64,000 bases of DNA from Eledone cirrhosa (lineage: Eukaryota). The first letter of the stretch is position 1, and each line of letters opens with the position of its first letter. The notes beneath the pieces are model-generated. The model saw nothing but the letters and a program-made list of their open reading frames with translations. It was not told where the DNA came from and searched no databases. Shown piece after piece: positions 1-14,574 of this stretch. The translations under genes were made by a program, and so were the position numbers. The stretch spans positions 57,908,001-57,972,000 of the forward strand of contig OZ024740.1 in assembly GCA_964016885.1 (NCBI GenBank). The letters run 5' to 3'.

Positions 1-3000
1 ACCAGAGATCTAACCTGAATGAGGGGAGGGAGAGAGAAGAAAGTATTCTCAAACCAGAGATCTAACCTGAATGAGGGGAGGGAGAGGGAGGAAGGTTTTC
101 TGAAACCAGAGATCTAACCTGAATGAGAGGAGGGAGAGAGAGAGAGAGAGAAGAAGGTATTCTCAAACCAGAGATCTGACCTGAATGAGGGGAGGGAGAG
201 AGGGAAGAAGGTATTCTCAAACCAGAGATCTAAACTGAATGAGGGGAGGGAGAGAGAAGAAGGTATTCTCAAACCAGAGATCTAACCTGAATGAGGGGAG
301 GGAGAGAGAAAAAGGTATTCTCAAACCAGATATCAAACCTGAATGAGGGGAGGGAAAGAGAAGAAGGTATTCTCAAACCAGAGATCTAACCTGAATGAGG
401 TGAGGGAGAGAGAGAGAAGAAGGTATTCTCAAACCAGAGATCTAACCTGAATGAGGGGAGGGAGAGAGAAGAAGGTATTCTCAAACCAGAGATCTAACCT
501 GAATGATGAGAGGGAGAGAGAAGAAGGTATTCTCAAACCAGAGATGTAACGTGAATGAGAGGAGGGAGAGAGAAGAAGGTATTCTCAAACCAGATATCTA
601 ACCTGAATGAGGGGAGGGAAAGAGAAGAAGGTATTCTCAAACCAGAGATCTAACCTGAATGAGGGGAGGGAGAGAGAAAAAGGTATTCTCAAACCAGATA
701 TCAAACCTGAATGAGGGGAGGGAAAGAGAACAAGGTATTCTCAAACCAGAGATCTAACCTGAATGAGGGGAGGGAGAGAGAAAAAGGTATTCTCAAACCA
801 GATATCAAACCTGAATGAGGGGAGGGAAAGAGAACAAGGTATTCTCAAACCAGAGATCTAACCTGAATGAGGGGAGGGAGAGAGAAAAAGGTATTCTCAA
901 ACCAGATATCAAACCTGAATGAGGGGAGGGAAAGAGAACAAGGTATTCTCAAACCAGAGATCTAACCTGAATGAGGGGAGGGAGAGAGAAAAAGGTATTC
1001 TCAAACCAGATATCAAACCTGAATGAGGGGAGGGAAAGAGAACAAGGTATTCTCAAACCAGAGATCTAACCTGAATGAGGGGAGGGAGAGAGAAAAAGGT
1101 ATTCTCAAACCAGATATCAAACCTGAATGAGGGGAGGGAGAGAGAAAAAGGTATTCTCAAACCAGATATCAAACCTGAATGATGAGAGGGAGAGAGAAGA
1201 AGGTATTCTCAAACCAGAGATCTAACCTGAATGAGGGGAGGGAGAGAGAAAAAGGTATTCTCAAACCAGATATCAAACCTGAATGATGAGAGGGAGAGAG
1301 AAGAAGGTATTCTCAAACCAGAGATCTAACCTGAATGAGGGGAGGGAGAGAGAAAAAGGTATTCTCAAACCAGATATCAAACCTGAATGATGAGAGGGAG
1401 AGAGAAGAAGGTATTCTCAAACCAGAGATCTAACCTGAATGAGGGGAGGGAAAGAGAAGAAGGTATTCTCAAACCAGAGATCTAACCTGAATGAGGGGAG
1501 GGAGAGAGAGAGAAGAAGGTATTCTCAAACCAGAGATCTAACCTGAATGAGGGGAGGGAGAGAGAAGAAGGTATTCTCAAACCAGAGATCTAACCTGAAT
1601 GATGAGAGGGAGAGAGAAGAAGGTATTCTCAAACCAGAGATCTAACCTGAATGAGGGGAGGGAAAGAGAAGAAGGTATTCTCAAACCAGAGATCTAACCT
1701 GAATGAGGGGAGGGAGAGAGAGAGAAGAAGGTATTCTCAAACCAGAGATCTAACCTGAATGAGGGGAGGGAAAGAGAAGAAGGTATTCTCAAACCAGAGA
1801 TCTAACCTGAATGAGGGGAGGGAGAGAGAGAGAAGAAGGTATTCTCAAACCAGAGATCTAACCTGAATGAGGGGAGGGAGAGAGAAGAAGGTATTCTCAA
1901 ACCAGAGATCTAACCTGAATGAGGGGAGGGAGAGAGAGAGAAGAAGGTATTCTCAAACCAGAGATGTAACGTGAATGAGAGGAGGGAGAGAGAAGAAGGT
2001 ATTCTCAAACCAGAGATCTAACCTGAATGATGAGAGGGAGAGAGAAGAAGGTATTCTCAAACCAGAGATGTAACGTGAATGAGAGGAGGGAGAGAGAAGA
2101 AGGTATTCTCAAACCAGAGATCTAACCTGAATGATGAGAGGGAGAGAGAAGAAGGTATTCTCAAACCAGAGATGTAACGTGAATGAGAGGAGGGAGAGAG
2201 AAGAAGGTATTCTCAAACCAGAGATCTAACCTGAATGATGAGAGGGAGAGAGAAGAAGGTATTCTCAAACCAGAGATGTAACGTGAATGAGAGGAGGGAG
2301 AGAGAAGAAGGTATTCTCAAACCAGACATCTAACCTGAATGAGGGGAGGGAGAGAGAAGAAGGTATTCTCAAACCAGACATCTAACCTGAATGAGGGGAG
2401 GGAAAGAGAAGAAGGTATTCTCAAACCAGAGATCTAACCTGAATGAGAGGAGGGAGAGAGAAGAAGGTAGTCTCAAACCAGATATCTAACCTGAATGAGA
2501 GGAGGGGGAGAGAAGAAGGTAGTCTCAAACCAGATATCTAACCTGAATTAGGGGAGGGAAAGAGATGAAGGTATTCTAAAACCAGATATCTAACCTGAAT
2601 GAGGGGAGGGAAAGAGAAGAAGGTATTCTCAAACCAGAGATCTAACCTGAATGAGAAGAGGGAGAGAGAAAAAGGTATTCTCAAACCAGAGATCTAACCT
2701 GAATGAGAAGAGGGAGAGAGAAGAAGGTATTCTCAAACCAGAGATCTAACCTGAATGAGGGGAGGGAGAGAGAGAAGAAGGTATTCTCAAACCAGAGATC
2801 TAACCTGAATGAGGGGAGGGAGAGAGAAGAAGGTATTCTCAAACCAGAGATCTAACCTGAATGAGGGGAGGGAGAGATAAGAAGGTATTCTCAAACCAGA
2901 GATCTAACCTGAATGAGGAGAGGGAGAGAGAAGAAAGTATTCTCAAACCAGAGATCTAACCTGAATGAGGGGAGGGAGAGAGAGAGGTATTCTTAAACAA

Positions 3001-6000
3001 GAGATCTAACCTGAATGAGGGGAGGGAGAGAGACGAAGGTATTCTCAAACCAGAGATCTAACCTGAATGAGGGGAGGGAGAGAGAGAGGTATTCTCAAAC
3101 AAGAGATCTAACCTGAATGAGGGGAGGGAGAGAGAGAGAGAAGGTATTCTCAAACCAGAGATCTAACCTGAATGAGGGGAGGGAGAGAGAAGAAGGTATT
3201 CTCAAACCAGAGATCTAACCTGAATGAGGGGAGGGAGAGAGAAGAAGATATTCTCAAACCAGAGATCTAACATGAATGAGGGGAGGGAGAGAGAGAAGAA
3301 GGTATTCTCAAACCAGAGATTTAACCTGAATGAGGGGAGGGAGAGAGAGAAGAAGGTATTCTCATACCAGAGATCTAACCTGAATGAGGGGAGGGAGAGA
3401 GAGAGAAGGTATTCTCAAACCAGAGATCTAACCTGAATGAGGGGAGGGAGAGAGAGAGAGAGAAGAAGGTATTCTCAAACCAGAGATCTAACCTGAATGA
3501 GGGGAGGGAGAGAGACGAAGGTATTCTCAAACCAGAGATCTAACCTGAATGAGGGGAGGGAGAGAGAAGAAGGTATTCTCAAATCAGAGATCTAACCTGA
3601 ATGAGGGGAGGGAGAGACGAAGGTATTCTCAAACCAGAGATCTAACCTGAATGAGGGGAGGGAGAGAGAGAGGTATTCTCAAACAAGAGATCTAACCTGA
3701 ATGAGGGGAGGGAGAGAGAGAGAGAAGGTATTTTCAAACCAGAGATCTAACCTGAATGAGGGGAGGGAGAGAGAAGAAGGTATTCTCAAACCAGAGATCT
3801 AACCTGAATGATGGGAGGGAGAGAGAGAAGGTATTCTCAAACCAGAGATCTAACCTGAATGAGGGGAGGGAGACAGAGACAGAGATGGTATTCTCAAACC
3901 AGAGATATAACCTGAATGAGGGGATGGAGAAAGAGAGAAGAAGGTATTCTCAAACCAGAGATCTAACCTGAATGAGGGGAGGGAGAGAGAGAATAAGGTA
4001 TTCTCAAACCAGAGATCTAACCTGAATGAGGGGAGGGAGAGAAGAAGGTATTCTCAAACCAGAGATCTAACCTGAATGAGGGGAAGGAGAGAGAGAGTGA
4101 GAAGAAGGTATTCTCAAACCAGAGATCAAACCTGAATGATGGGAGGGAGAGAGAAGAAGATATTCTCAAACCAGAGATCTAACCTGAATGATGGGAGGGA
4201 GAGAGAGAAGAAGGTATTCTCAAACCAGAGATCTAACCTGAATGAAGGGAGGGAGAGAGAGATGGTATTCTCAAACCAGATATCTAACCTGAATGAGGGG
4301 AGGGAGAGAGAAGAAGGTATTCTCAAACAAGATATCTAAACTGAATGAGGGGAGGGAGAGAGAGATGGTATTCTCAAACCAGATATTTAACCTGAATGAG
4401 GGGAGGGAGAGAGAGAAGAAGGTATTTTCAAACCAGAGATCTAACCTGAATGAGGGGAGGGAGAGAGAGAAGGTATTCTCAAACAAGAGATCTAACCTGA
4501 ATGAGGGGAGGGAGAGAGAGAGAAGAAGGTATTCTCAAACCAGAGATCTAACCTGAATGAGGGGAGGGAGAGAGAGAAGAAGGTATTCTCAAACCAGAGA
4601 TCTAACCAGAATGAGGGGAGGGAGAGAGAAGAAGGTATTCTCAAACCAGAGATCTAACCTGAATGAGGGGAGGGAGAGAGAAGAAGGTATTCTCAAACCA
4701 GAGATCTAACCAGAATGAGGGGAGAGAGAGAGAAGAAGGTATTCTCAAACCAGAGATCTAACCTGAATGAGGGGAGGGAGAGAGAGAAGAAGGTATTCTC
4801 AAACCAGAGATCTAACCTGAATGAGGGGAGGGAGAGAGAGAAGAAGGTATTCTCAAACCAGAGATTTAACCTGAATGATGAGAGGGAGAGAGAAGAAGGT
4901 ATTCTCAAACCAGACATCTAACCTGAATGAGGGGAGGGGGAGAGAGAAGAAGGTATTCTCAAACCAGACATCTAACCTGAATGATGGGAGGGAGAGAGAG
5001 AAGAAGGTATTCTCAAACCAGAGATCTAACCAGAATGAGGGGAGGGAGAGAGAGAAGAAGGTATTCACAAACCAGAGATCTAACCTGAATGATGGGAGGG
5101 AGAGAGAGAAGGTATTCTCAAACTAGAGATTTGACCTGAATGATGGGAGGGAGAGAGAGAAGAAGGTATTCTCAAACTAGAGATTTAACCTGAATGATGA
5201 GAGGGAGAGAGAAGAAGGTATTCTCAAACCAGAGATCTAACCTGAATGAGGGGAGGGAGAGAGAGAAGAAGGTATTCTCAAACTAGAGATTTAACCTGAA
5301 TGATGAGAGGGAGAGAGAAGAAGGTATTCTCAAACCAGAGATCTAACCTGAATGAGGGGAGGGAGAGAGAGAAGAAGGTATTCTCAAACTAGAGATTTAA
5401 CCTGAATGATGAGAGGGAGAGAGAAGAAGGTATTCTCAAACTAGAGATTTAACCTGAATGATGAGAGGGAGAGAGAAGAAGGTATTCTCAAACCAGAGAT
5501 CTAACCTGAATGAGGGGAGGGAGAGAGAGAAGAAGGTATTCTCAAACCAGAGATCTAACCTGAATGAGGGGAGGGAGAGAGAGAAGAAGGTATTCTCAAA
5601 CCAGAGATCTAACCTGAATGATGGGAGCGAGAGAGAAGAAGGTATTCTCAAACCAGAGATCTAACCTGAATGAGGGGAGGGAGAGAGAAGAAGGTATTCT
5701 CAAACCAGAGATCTAACCTGAATGAGGGGAGGGAGAGAGAAGAAGATATTCTCAAACCAGAGATCTAACCTGAATGAGGGGAGGGAGAGAGAGAAGAAGG
5801 TATTCTCAAACCAGAGATATAACCTGAATGAGGGGATGGAGAAAGAGAGAAGCAGGTATTCTCAAACCAGAGATCTAACCTGAATGAGGGGATGGAGAAA
5901 GAGAGAAGAAGGTATTCTCAAACCAGAGATCTAACCTGAATGAGGGAGGGAGAGAGAGAGAGAGAAGAAGGTATCCTCAAACCAGAGATCTAACCTGAAT

Positions 6001-9000
6001 GAGGGGAGGGAGAGAGAGAGAGAGAAGAAGGTATTCTCAAACCAGAGATCTAACCTGAATGATGGGAGGGAGAGAGAGAAGGAGGTATTCTCAAACCAGA
6101 GATCTAACCTGAATGAGGGAGGGAGAGAGAGAGAGAGAAGAAGGTATCCTCAAACCAGAGATCTAACCTGAATGAGGGGAGGGAGAGAGAGAGAGAGAAG
6201 AAGGTATTCTCAAACCAGAGATCTAACCTGAATGATGGGAGGGAGAGAGAGAAGGAGGTATTCTCAAACCAGATATCTAACCTGAATGAGGGGAGGGAGA
6301 GAGAGAAGGAGGTATTCTCAAACCAGAGATCTAACCTGAATGAGGGGAGGGAGAGAGAGAGAGAGAAGAAGGTATTCTCAAACCAGAGATCTAACCTGAA
6401 TGAGGGGAGGGAGAGAGAGAAGAAGGTATTCTCAAACCAGAGATCTAACCTGAATGAGGAGAGGGAGAGAGAAGAAGGTATTCTCAAACCAGAGATCTAA
6501 CCTGAATGAGGGGAGGGAGAGAGAGAGAGAGAAGAAGGTATTCTCAAACCAGAGATCTAACCTGAATGAGGGGAGGGAGAGAGAGAAGAAGGTATTCTCA
6601 AACCAGAGATCTAACCTGAATGAGGGGAGGGAGAGAGACGAAGGTATTCTCAAACCAGAGATCTAACCTGAATGAGGGGAGGGAGAGAGAGAGAGAGAAG
6701 AAGGTATTCTCAAACCAGAGATCTAACCTGAATGAGGGGAGGGAGAGAGACGAAGGTATTCTCAAACCAGAGATCTAACCTGAATGAGGGGAGGGAGAGA
6801 GACGAAGGTATTCTCAAACCAGAGATCTAACCTGAATGAGGGGAGGGAGAGAGACGAAGGTATTCTCAAACCAGAGATCTAACCTGAATGAGGGGAGGGA
6901 GAGAGAGAAGAAGGTATTCTCAAACCAGAGATCTAACCTGAATGAGGGGAGGGAGAGAGACGAAGGTATTCTCAAACCAGAGATCTAACCTGAATGAGGG
7001 GAGGGAGAGAGAGAGAGAGAAGAAGGTATTCTCAAACCAGAGATCTAACCTGAATGAGGGGAGGGAGAGAGAGAAGAAGGTATTCTCAAACCAGAGATCT
7101 AACCTGAATGAGGGGAGGGAGAGAGACGAAGGTATTCTCAAACCAGAGATCTAACCTGAATGAGGGGAGGGAGAGAGAGAGAGAGAAGAAGGTATTATCA
7201 AACCAGAGATCTAACCTGAATGAGGGGAGGGAGAGAGACGAAGGTATTCTCAAACCAGAGATCTAACCTGAATGAGGGGAGGGAGAGAGACGAAGGTATT
7301 CTCAAACCAGAGATCTAACCTGAATGAGGGGACGGAGAGAGACGAAGGTATTCTCAAACCAGAGATCTAACCTGAATGAGGGGAGGGAGAGAGTCGAAGG
7401 TATTCTCAAACCAGAGATCTAACCTGAATGAGGGGAGGGAGAGAGACGAAGGTATTCTCAAACCAGAGATCTAACCTGAATGAGGGGACGGAGAGAGACG
7501 AAGGTATTCTCAAACCAGAGATCTAACCTGAATGAGGGGACGGAGAGAGACGAAGGTATTCTCAAACCAGAGATCTAACCTGAATGAGGGGAGGGAGAGA
7601 GTCGAAGGTATTCTCAAACCAGAGATCTAACCTGAATGAGGAGAGGGAGAGAGACGAAGGTATTCTCAAACCAGAGATCTAACCTGAATGAGGGGAGGGA
7701 GAGAGACGAAGGTATTCTCAAACCAGAGATCTAACCTGAATGAGGGGACGGAGAGAGACGAAGGTATTCTCAAACCAGAGATCTAACCTGAATGAGGGGA
7801 GGGAGAGAGACGAAGGTATTCTCAAACTAGAGATTTAACCTGAATGAGGGGAGGGAGAGAGACGAAGGTATTCTCAAACCAGAGATCTAACCTGAATGAG
7901 GGGAGGGAGAGAGACGAAGGTATTCTCAAACCAGAGATCTAACCTGAATGAGGAGAGGGAGAGAGACGAAGGTATTCTCAAACCAGAGATCTAACCTGAA
8001 TGAGGGGAGGGAGAGAGACGAAGGTATTCTCAAACCAGAGATCTAACCTGAATGAGGAGAGGGAGAGAGACGAAGGTATTCTCAAACCAGAGATCTAACC
8101 TGAATGAGGGGAGGGAGAGAGACGAAGGTATTCTCAAACCAGAGATCTAACCTGAATGAGGGGAGGGAGAGAGACGAAGGTATTCTCAAACCAGAGATCT
8201 AACCTGAATGAGGAGAGGGAGAGAGAAGAAGGTATTCTCAAACCAGAGATCTAACCTGAATGAGGGGAGGGAGAGAGACGAAGGTATTCTCAAACCAGAG
8301 ATCTAACCTGAATGAGGAGAGGGAGAGAGAAGAAGGTATTCTCAAACCAGAGATCTAACCTGAATGAGGGGAGGGAGAGAGAGAGCGAGAAGAAGGTATT
8401 CTCAAACCAGAGATCTAACCTGAATGAGGGGAGGGAGAGAGACGAAGGTATTCTCAAACCAGAGATCTAACCTGAATGAGGAGAGGGAGAGAGAAGAAGG
8501 TATTCTCAAACCAGAGATCTAACCTGAATGAGGGGAGGGAGAGAGACGAAGGTATTCTCAAACCAGAGATCTAACCTGAATGAGGAGAGGGAGAGAGAAG
8601 AAGGTATTCTCAAACCAGAGATCTAACCTGAATGAGGGGAGGGAGAGAGAGAGCGAGAAGAAGGTATTCTCAAACCAGAGATCTAACCTGAATGAGGGGA
8701 GGGAGAGAGACGAAGGTATTCTCAAACCAGAGATCTAACCTGAATGAGGAGAGGGAGAGAGAAGAAGGTATTCTCAAACCAGAGATCTAACCTGAATGAG
8801 GGGAGGGAGAGAGAGAGAGAGAAGAAGGTATTCTCAAACCAGAGATCTAACCTGAATGAGGGGAGGGAGAGAGAGAGAGAGACGAAGGTATTCTCAAACC
8901 AGAGATCTAACCTGTATGAGGGGAGGGAGAGAGAAGAAGGTATTCTCAAACCAGAGATCTAACCTGAATTAGGGGAGGGAGAGAGACGAAGGTATTCTCA

Positions 9001-12000
9001 AACCAGAGATCTAACCTGAATGAGGGGAGGGAGAGAGAGAGAGAGACGAAGGTATTCTCAAACCAGAGATCTAACCTGAATGAGGGGAGGGAGAGAGACG
9101 AAGGTATTCTCAAACCAGAGATCTAACCTGAATGAGGGGAGGGAGAGAGACGAAGGTATTCTCAAACCAGAGATCTAACCTGAATGAGGGGAGGGAGAGA
9201 GATGAAGGTATTCTCAAACCAGAGATCTAACCTGAATGAGGAGAGGGAGAGAGAAGAAGGTATTCTCAAACCAGAGATCTAACCTGAATGAGGGGAGGGA
9301 GAGAGAGAGAGAGAAGAAGGTATTCTCAAACCAGAGATCTAACCTGAATGAGGGGAGGGAGAGAGACGAAGGTATTCTCAAACCAGAGATCTAACCTGAA
9401 TGAGGGGAGGGAGAGAGAGAGAGAGAAGAAGGTATTCTCAAACCAGAGATCTAACCTGAATGAGGGGAGGGAGAGAAGAAGGTATTCTCAAACCAGAGAT
9501 CTAACCTGAATGAGGGGAGGGAGAGAGAGAGAAGGTATTCTCAAACCAGAGATCTAACCTGAATGAGGGGAGGGAAAGAGAAGAAGGTATTCTCAAACCA
9601 GAGATCTAACCTGAATGAGGGTAGGGAGAGAGACGAAGGTATTCTCAAACCAGAGATCTAACCTGAATGAGGGGAGGGAGAGAGAGAGAGAGAAGAAGGT
9701 ATTCTCAAACCAGAGATCTAACCTGAATGAGGGGAGGGAGAGAGAGAGAAGGTATTCTCAAACCAGAGATCTAACCTGAATGAGGGGATGGAGAGAGAGA
9801 GAGAGAAGAAGGTATTCTCAAACCAGAGATCTAACCTGAATGAGGGGAGGGAGAGAGAGAAGGTATTCTCAAACCAGAGATCTAACCTGAATGAGGGGAG
9901 GGAGAGAGAGAAGAAGGTATTCTCAAACCAGAGATCTAACCTGAATGAGGGGAGGGAAAGAGAAGAAGGTATTCTCAAACCAGAGATCTAACCTGAATGA
10001 GGGGAGGGAGAGAGACGAAGGTATTCTCAAACCAGAGATCTAACCTGAATGAGGGGTGGGAGAGAGAGAGAAGGTATTCTCAAACCAGAGATCTAACCTG
10101 AATGAGGGGATGGAGAGAGAGAGAGAGAAGAAGGTATTCTCAAACCAGAGATCAAACCTGAATGAGGAGAGGGAGAGAGAGAAGAAGGTATTCTCAAACC
10201 AGAGATCAAACCTGAATGAGGGGAGGGAGAGAGAGAAGAAGGTATTCTCAAACCAGAGATCTAACCTGAATGAGGGGAGGGAGAGAGAGAAGGTATTCTC
10301 AAACAAGAGATCTAACCTGAATGAGGGGAGGGAGAGAGAGAAGAAGGTATTCTCAAACCAGAGAGCTAACCAGAATGAGGGGAGGGAGAGAGAGAAGGTA
10401 TTCTCAAACCAGAGATCTAACCAGAATGAGGGGAGGGAGAGAGAGAAGAAGGTATTCTCAAACCAGAGATCTAACCTGAATGAGGGGAGGGAGAGAGAGA
10501 AGGTATTCTCAAACCAGAGATCTAACCTGAATGAGGGGAGGGAGAGAGAGAAGGTATTCTCAAACCAGAGATCTAACCAGAATGAGGAGAGGGAGAGAGA
10601 GAAGGTATTCTCAAACCAGAGATCTAACCAGAATGAGGGGAGGGAGAGAGAGAAGAAGGTATTCTCAAACCAGAGATCTAACCTGAATGAGGGGAGGGAG
10701 AGAGAGAAGGTATTCTCAAACCAGAGATCTAACCTGAATGAGGGGAGGGAGAGAGAGAAGGTATTCTCAAACCAGAGATCTAACCTGAATGATGAGAGGG
10801 AGAGAGAAGAAGGTATTCTCAAACCAGACATCTAACCTGAATGAGGGGAGGGAGAGAGAAGAAGGTATTCTCAAACTAGAGATTTAACCTGAATGATGAG
10901 AGGGAGAGAGAAGAAGGTATTCTCAAACCAGAGATCTAACCTGAATGAGGGGAGGGAGAGAGAAGAAGGTATTCTCAAACCAGACATCTAACCTGAATGA
11001 TGGGAGGGAGAGAGAGAAGAAGGTATTCTCAAACCAGAGATCTAACCTGAATGAGGCGAGGGAGAGAGAAGAAGGTATTCTCAAACCAGAGATCTAACCT
11101 GAATGAGGGGAGGGAGAGAGAAGAAGGTATTCTCAAACCAGAGATCTAACCTGAATGAGGGGAGGGAGAGAGAAGAAGGTATTCTCAAACCAGAGATCTA
11201 ACCTGAATGAGGGGAGGGAGAGAGAGAAGAAGGTATTCTCAAACCAGACATCTAACCTGAATGATGGGAGGGAGAGAGAGAAGAAGGTATTCTCAAACCA
11301 GAGATCTAACCTGAATGAGGGGAGGGAGAGAGAAGAAGGTATTCTCAAACCAGAGATCTAACCTGAATGAGGGGAGGGAGAGAGAGAAGGTATTCTCAAA
11401 CTAGAGATTTAACCTGAATGATGGGAGGGAGAGAGAGAAGGTATTCTCAAACCAGAGATCAAACCTGAATGAGGGGAGGGAGAGAGAGAAGGTATTCTCA
11501 AACTAGAGATCTAACCTGAATGAGGGGAGGGAGAGAGAAGAAGGTATTCTCAAACCAGAGATCTAACCTGAATGAGGGGAGGGAGAGAGAAGAAGGTATT
11601 CTCAAACCAGAGATCTAACCTGAATGAGGGGAGGGAGAGAGAGAAGAAGGTATTCTCAAACCAGAGATCTAACCTGAATGAGGAGAGGGAGAGAGAAGAA
11701 GGTATTCTCAAACCAGAGATCTAACCTGAATGAGGGGAGGGAGAGAGAGAGAGAGAAGAAGGTATTCTCAAACCAGAGATCTAACCTGAATGAGGGGAGG
11801 GAGAGAGACGAAGGTATTCTCAAACCAGAGATCTAACCTGAATGAGGGGAGGGAGAGAGACGAAGGTATTCTCAAACCAGAGATCCAACCTGAATGAGGG
11901 GAGGGAGAGAGACGAAGGTATTCTCAAACCAGAGATCTAACCTGAATGAGGGGAGGGAGAGAGAAGAAGGTATTCTCAAACCAGAGATCTAGCCTGAATG

Positions 12001-13883
12001 AGGGGAGGGAGAGAGACGAAGGTATTCTCAAACCAGAGATCTAACCTGAATGAGGGGAGGGAGAGAGACGAAGGTATTCTCAAACCAGAGATCTAACCTG
12101 AATGAGGGGAGGGAGAGAGACGAAGGTATTCTCAAACCAGAGATCTAACCTGAATGAGGGGAGGGAGAGAGACGAAGGTATTCTCAAACCAGAGATCTAA
12201 CCTGAATGAGGGGAGGGAGAGAGAGAAGGTATTCTCAAACTAGAGATTTAACCTGAATGATCGGAGGGAGAGAGAGAAGGTATTCTCAAACCAGAGATCT
12301 AACCTGAATGAGGGGAGGGAGAGAGAAAAGGTATTCTCAAACTAGAGATTTAACCTGAATGATGAGAGGGAGAGAGAAGAAGGTATTCTCAAACTAGAGA
12401 TTTAACCTGAATAAGGGGAGGGAGAGAGAGAAGAAGGTATTCTCAAACCAGACATCTAACCTGAATGATGGGAGCGAGAGAGAAGAAGGTATTCTCAAAC
12501 CAGAGATCTAACCTGAATGAGGGGAGGGAGAGAGACGAAGGTATTCTCAAACCAGAGATCTAACCTGAATGAGGGGAGGGAGAGAGAGAGGTATTCTCAA
12601 ACAAGAGATCTAACCTGAATGAGGGGAGGGAGAGAGAGAGAGAAGGTATTCTCAAACCAGAGATCTAACCTGAATGAGGGGAGGGAGAGAGAAGAAGGTA
12701 TTCTCAAACCAGAGATCTAACCTGAATGAGGGGAGGGAGAGAGAAGAAGATATTCTCAAACCAGAGATCTAACCTGAATGATGGGAGGGAGAGAGAGAAG
12801 GTATTCTCAAACCAGAGATCAAACCTGAATGAGGGGAGGGAGAGAGAGAAGAAGGTATTCTCAAACCAGAGATCTAACCTGAATGAGGAGAGGGAGAGAG
12901 AGAAGAAGGTATTCTCAAACCAGAGATCTAACCTGAATGAGGGGAGGGAGAGAGAGAAGGTATTCTCAAACAAGAGATCTAACCTGAATGAGGGGAGGGA
13001 GAGAGAGAAGGTATTCTCAAACAAGAGATCTAACCTGAATGAGGGGAGGGAGAGAGAGATGGTATTCTCAAACCAGATATCTAACCTGAATGAGGGGAGG
13101 GAGAGAGAGAAGAAGGTCTTCTCAAACCAGAGATCTAACCTGAATGAGGGGAGGGAGAGAGAGAAGGTATTCTCAAACAAGAGATCTAACCTGAATGAGG
13201 GGAGGGAGAGAGAGAAGAAGGTATTCTCAAACCAGAGATCTAACCAGAATGAGGGGAGGGAGAGAGAGAAGAAGGTATTCTCAAACCAGAGATCTAACCT
13301 GAATGAGGGGAGGGAGAGAGAAGAAGGTATTCTCAAACTAGAGATTTAACCTGAATGATGAGAGGGAGAGAGAAGAAGGTATTCTCAAACCAGACATCTA
13401 ACCTGAATGAGGGGAGAGAGAGAGAGAGAAGAAGGTATTCTCAAACCAGACATCTAACCTGAATGATGGGAGGGAGAGAGAGAAGAAGGTATTCTCAAAC
13501 CAGAGATCTAACCTGAATGAGGGGAGGGAGAGAGAAGAAGGTATTCTCAAACCAGAGATCTAACCTGAATGAGGGGAGGGAGAGAGAAGAAGGTATTCTC
13601 AAACCAGAGATCTAACCTGAATGAGGGGAGGGAGAGAGAGAAGGTATTCTCAAACTAGAGATTTAACCTGAATGATGGGAGGGAGAGAGAGAAGGTATTC
13701 TCAAACTAGAGATTTAACCTGAATGATGAGAGGGAGAGAGAAGAAGGTATTCTCAAACTAGAGATTTAACCTGAATAAGGGGAGGGAGAGAGAGAAGAAG
13801 GTATTCTCAAACCAGACATCTAACCTGAATGATGGGAGCGAGAGAGAAGAAGGTATTCTCAAACCAGAGATCTAACCTGAATG
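1..13883. repeat. Tandem satellite, ~52-bp unit (about 50-58 bp), roughly 260 copies, open at the window's left edge
   Basis: Unit ACCAGAGATCTAACCTGAATGAGGGGAGGG(AG)nAAGAAGGTATTCTCAA is repeated continuously. Length varies in the internal (AG)n. The array ends abruptly at ...CCTGAATG|TTTACAA. Confidence 0.98.
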
Positions 13884-14039
13884 TTTACAATATAATGAAA
13901 TCCAATAGAAGAAGCTAATGATCAAGATGGCGATGTTAAATTGATCAACCACCCAAATAGGCTATGTCAGCGTTTGAACTCAGAACACAGAAAGCTGGAA
14001 CAAATACCACACTGAAAGTTCTGCCAATCTACCACCCTG

Positions 14040-14128
14040 GAATGGTACTTTATTTATTGACCCCAAAAGGATAAAAAGCAAAGTTGGCCGAGGCAGGATT
14101 TGAACTCAAAACACAGAAAGTCAGAACC
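14040..14128 (-). mobile_element. tRNA-derived SINE fragment (family 1)
   Basis: Reverse complement gives GAGTTCAAATCC (box B) followed by CTTTTATCCTTTTGGGGTCAATAAATAAAGTACC, the same core as 14575 and 32195. Confidence 0.7.
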
Positions 14129-14132
14129 CCTC

Positions 14133-14514
14133 TCAAAGGCGACCGTGACCTCTGGTGTCACGCAGTAATACAGAGTACCTCACCTCCCATGGGTACAAGC
14201 TGAAGCATATAGACAATATGCCCAACACCCTCCCACTGCAAGGTGGTCGTGGAGGTGCCACGGCAAAAAAGCACCCAGCCCACACTGTAAAGTGGACGTG
14301 TAGGCGCCACGGAAAAAAGCACCTAGCACTCACTGTAAATGAGGTTGGTGTTAGGAAGGGCATCCAGCTGTACAAATCAAGCCAAAATCAGTTCCTGTAT
14401 GATCAAGGCATGGTCAGCCGACCAGACACTGCTCACAACAGGACAGCCCGTCTAACCCATGCTAGCATGGAAGAACGGACATAAAACGGTGATGATGATG
14501 ATGATGATGATGAT
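14133..14514 (+). mobile_element. RTE LINE 3' end (subfamily B): ORF end, 3'UTR and (GAT)n tail
   Basis: Near-identical to the reverse complement of 47565-47945. Ends ...AAAACGGT(GAT)n. Confidence 0.9.
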
Positions 14515-14574
14515 TTTGTCTTCCATTCTAATGAATTTGCTGCCTGACTTGTTGATTATCTTATTAACCCTGGT

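Noticed and set aside
3224-13349. Repetitive ORFs (up to 263 aa; KVFSNQRSNLNEGRERE / FRLDLWFENTFFSLSLPS)
   Set aside because: They arise wherever consecutive satellite units are multiples of 3. The frame is broken constantly by (AG)n slippage, and both strands are equally open.
1-13883. CRISPR array, or a hammerhead array (CTGAATGA)
   Set aside because: There are no unique spacers or cas genes. CTGAATGA is not followed by a pairable stem II and GAAA.
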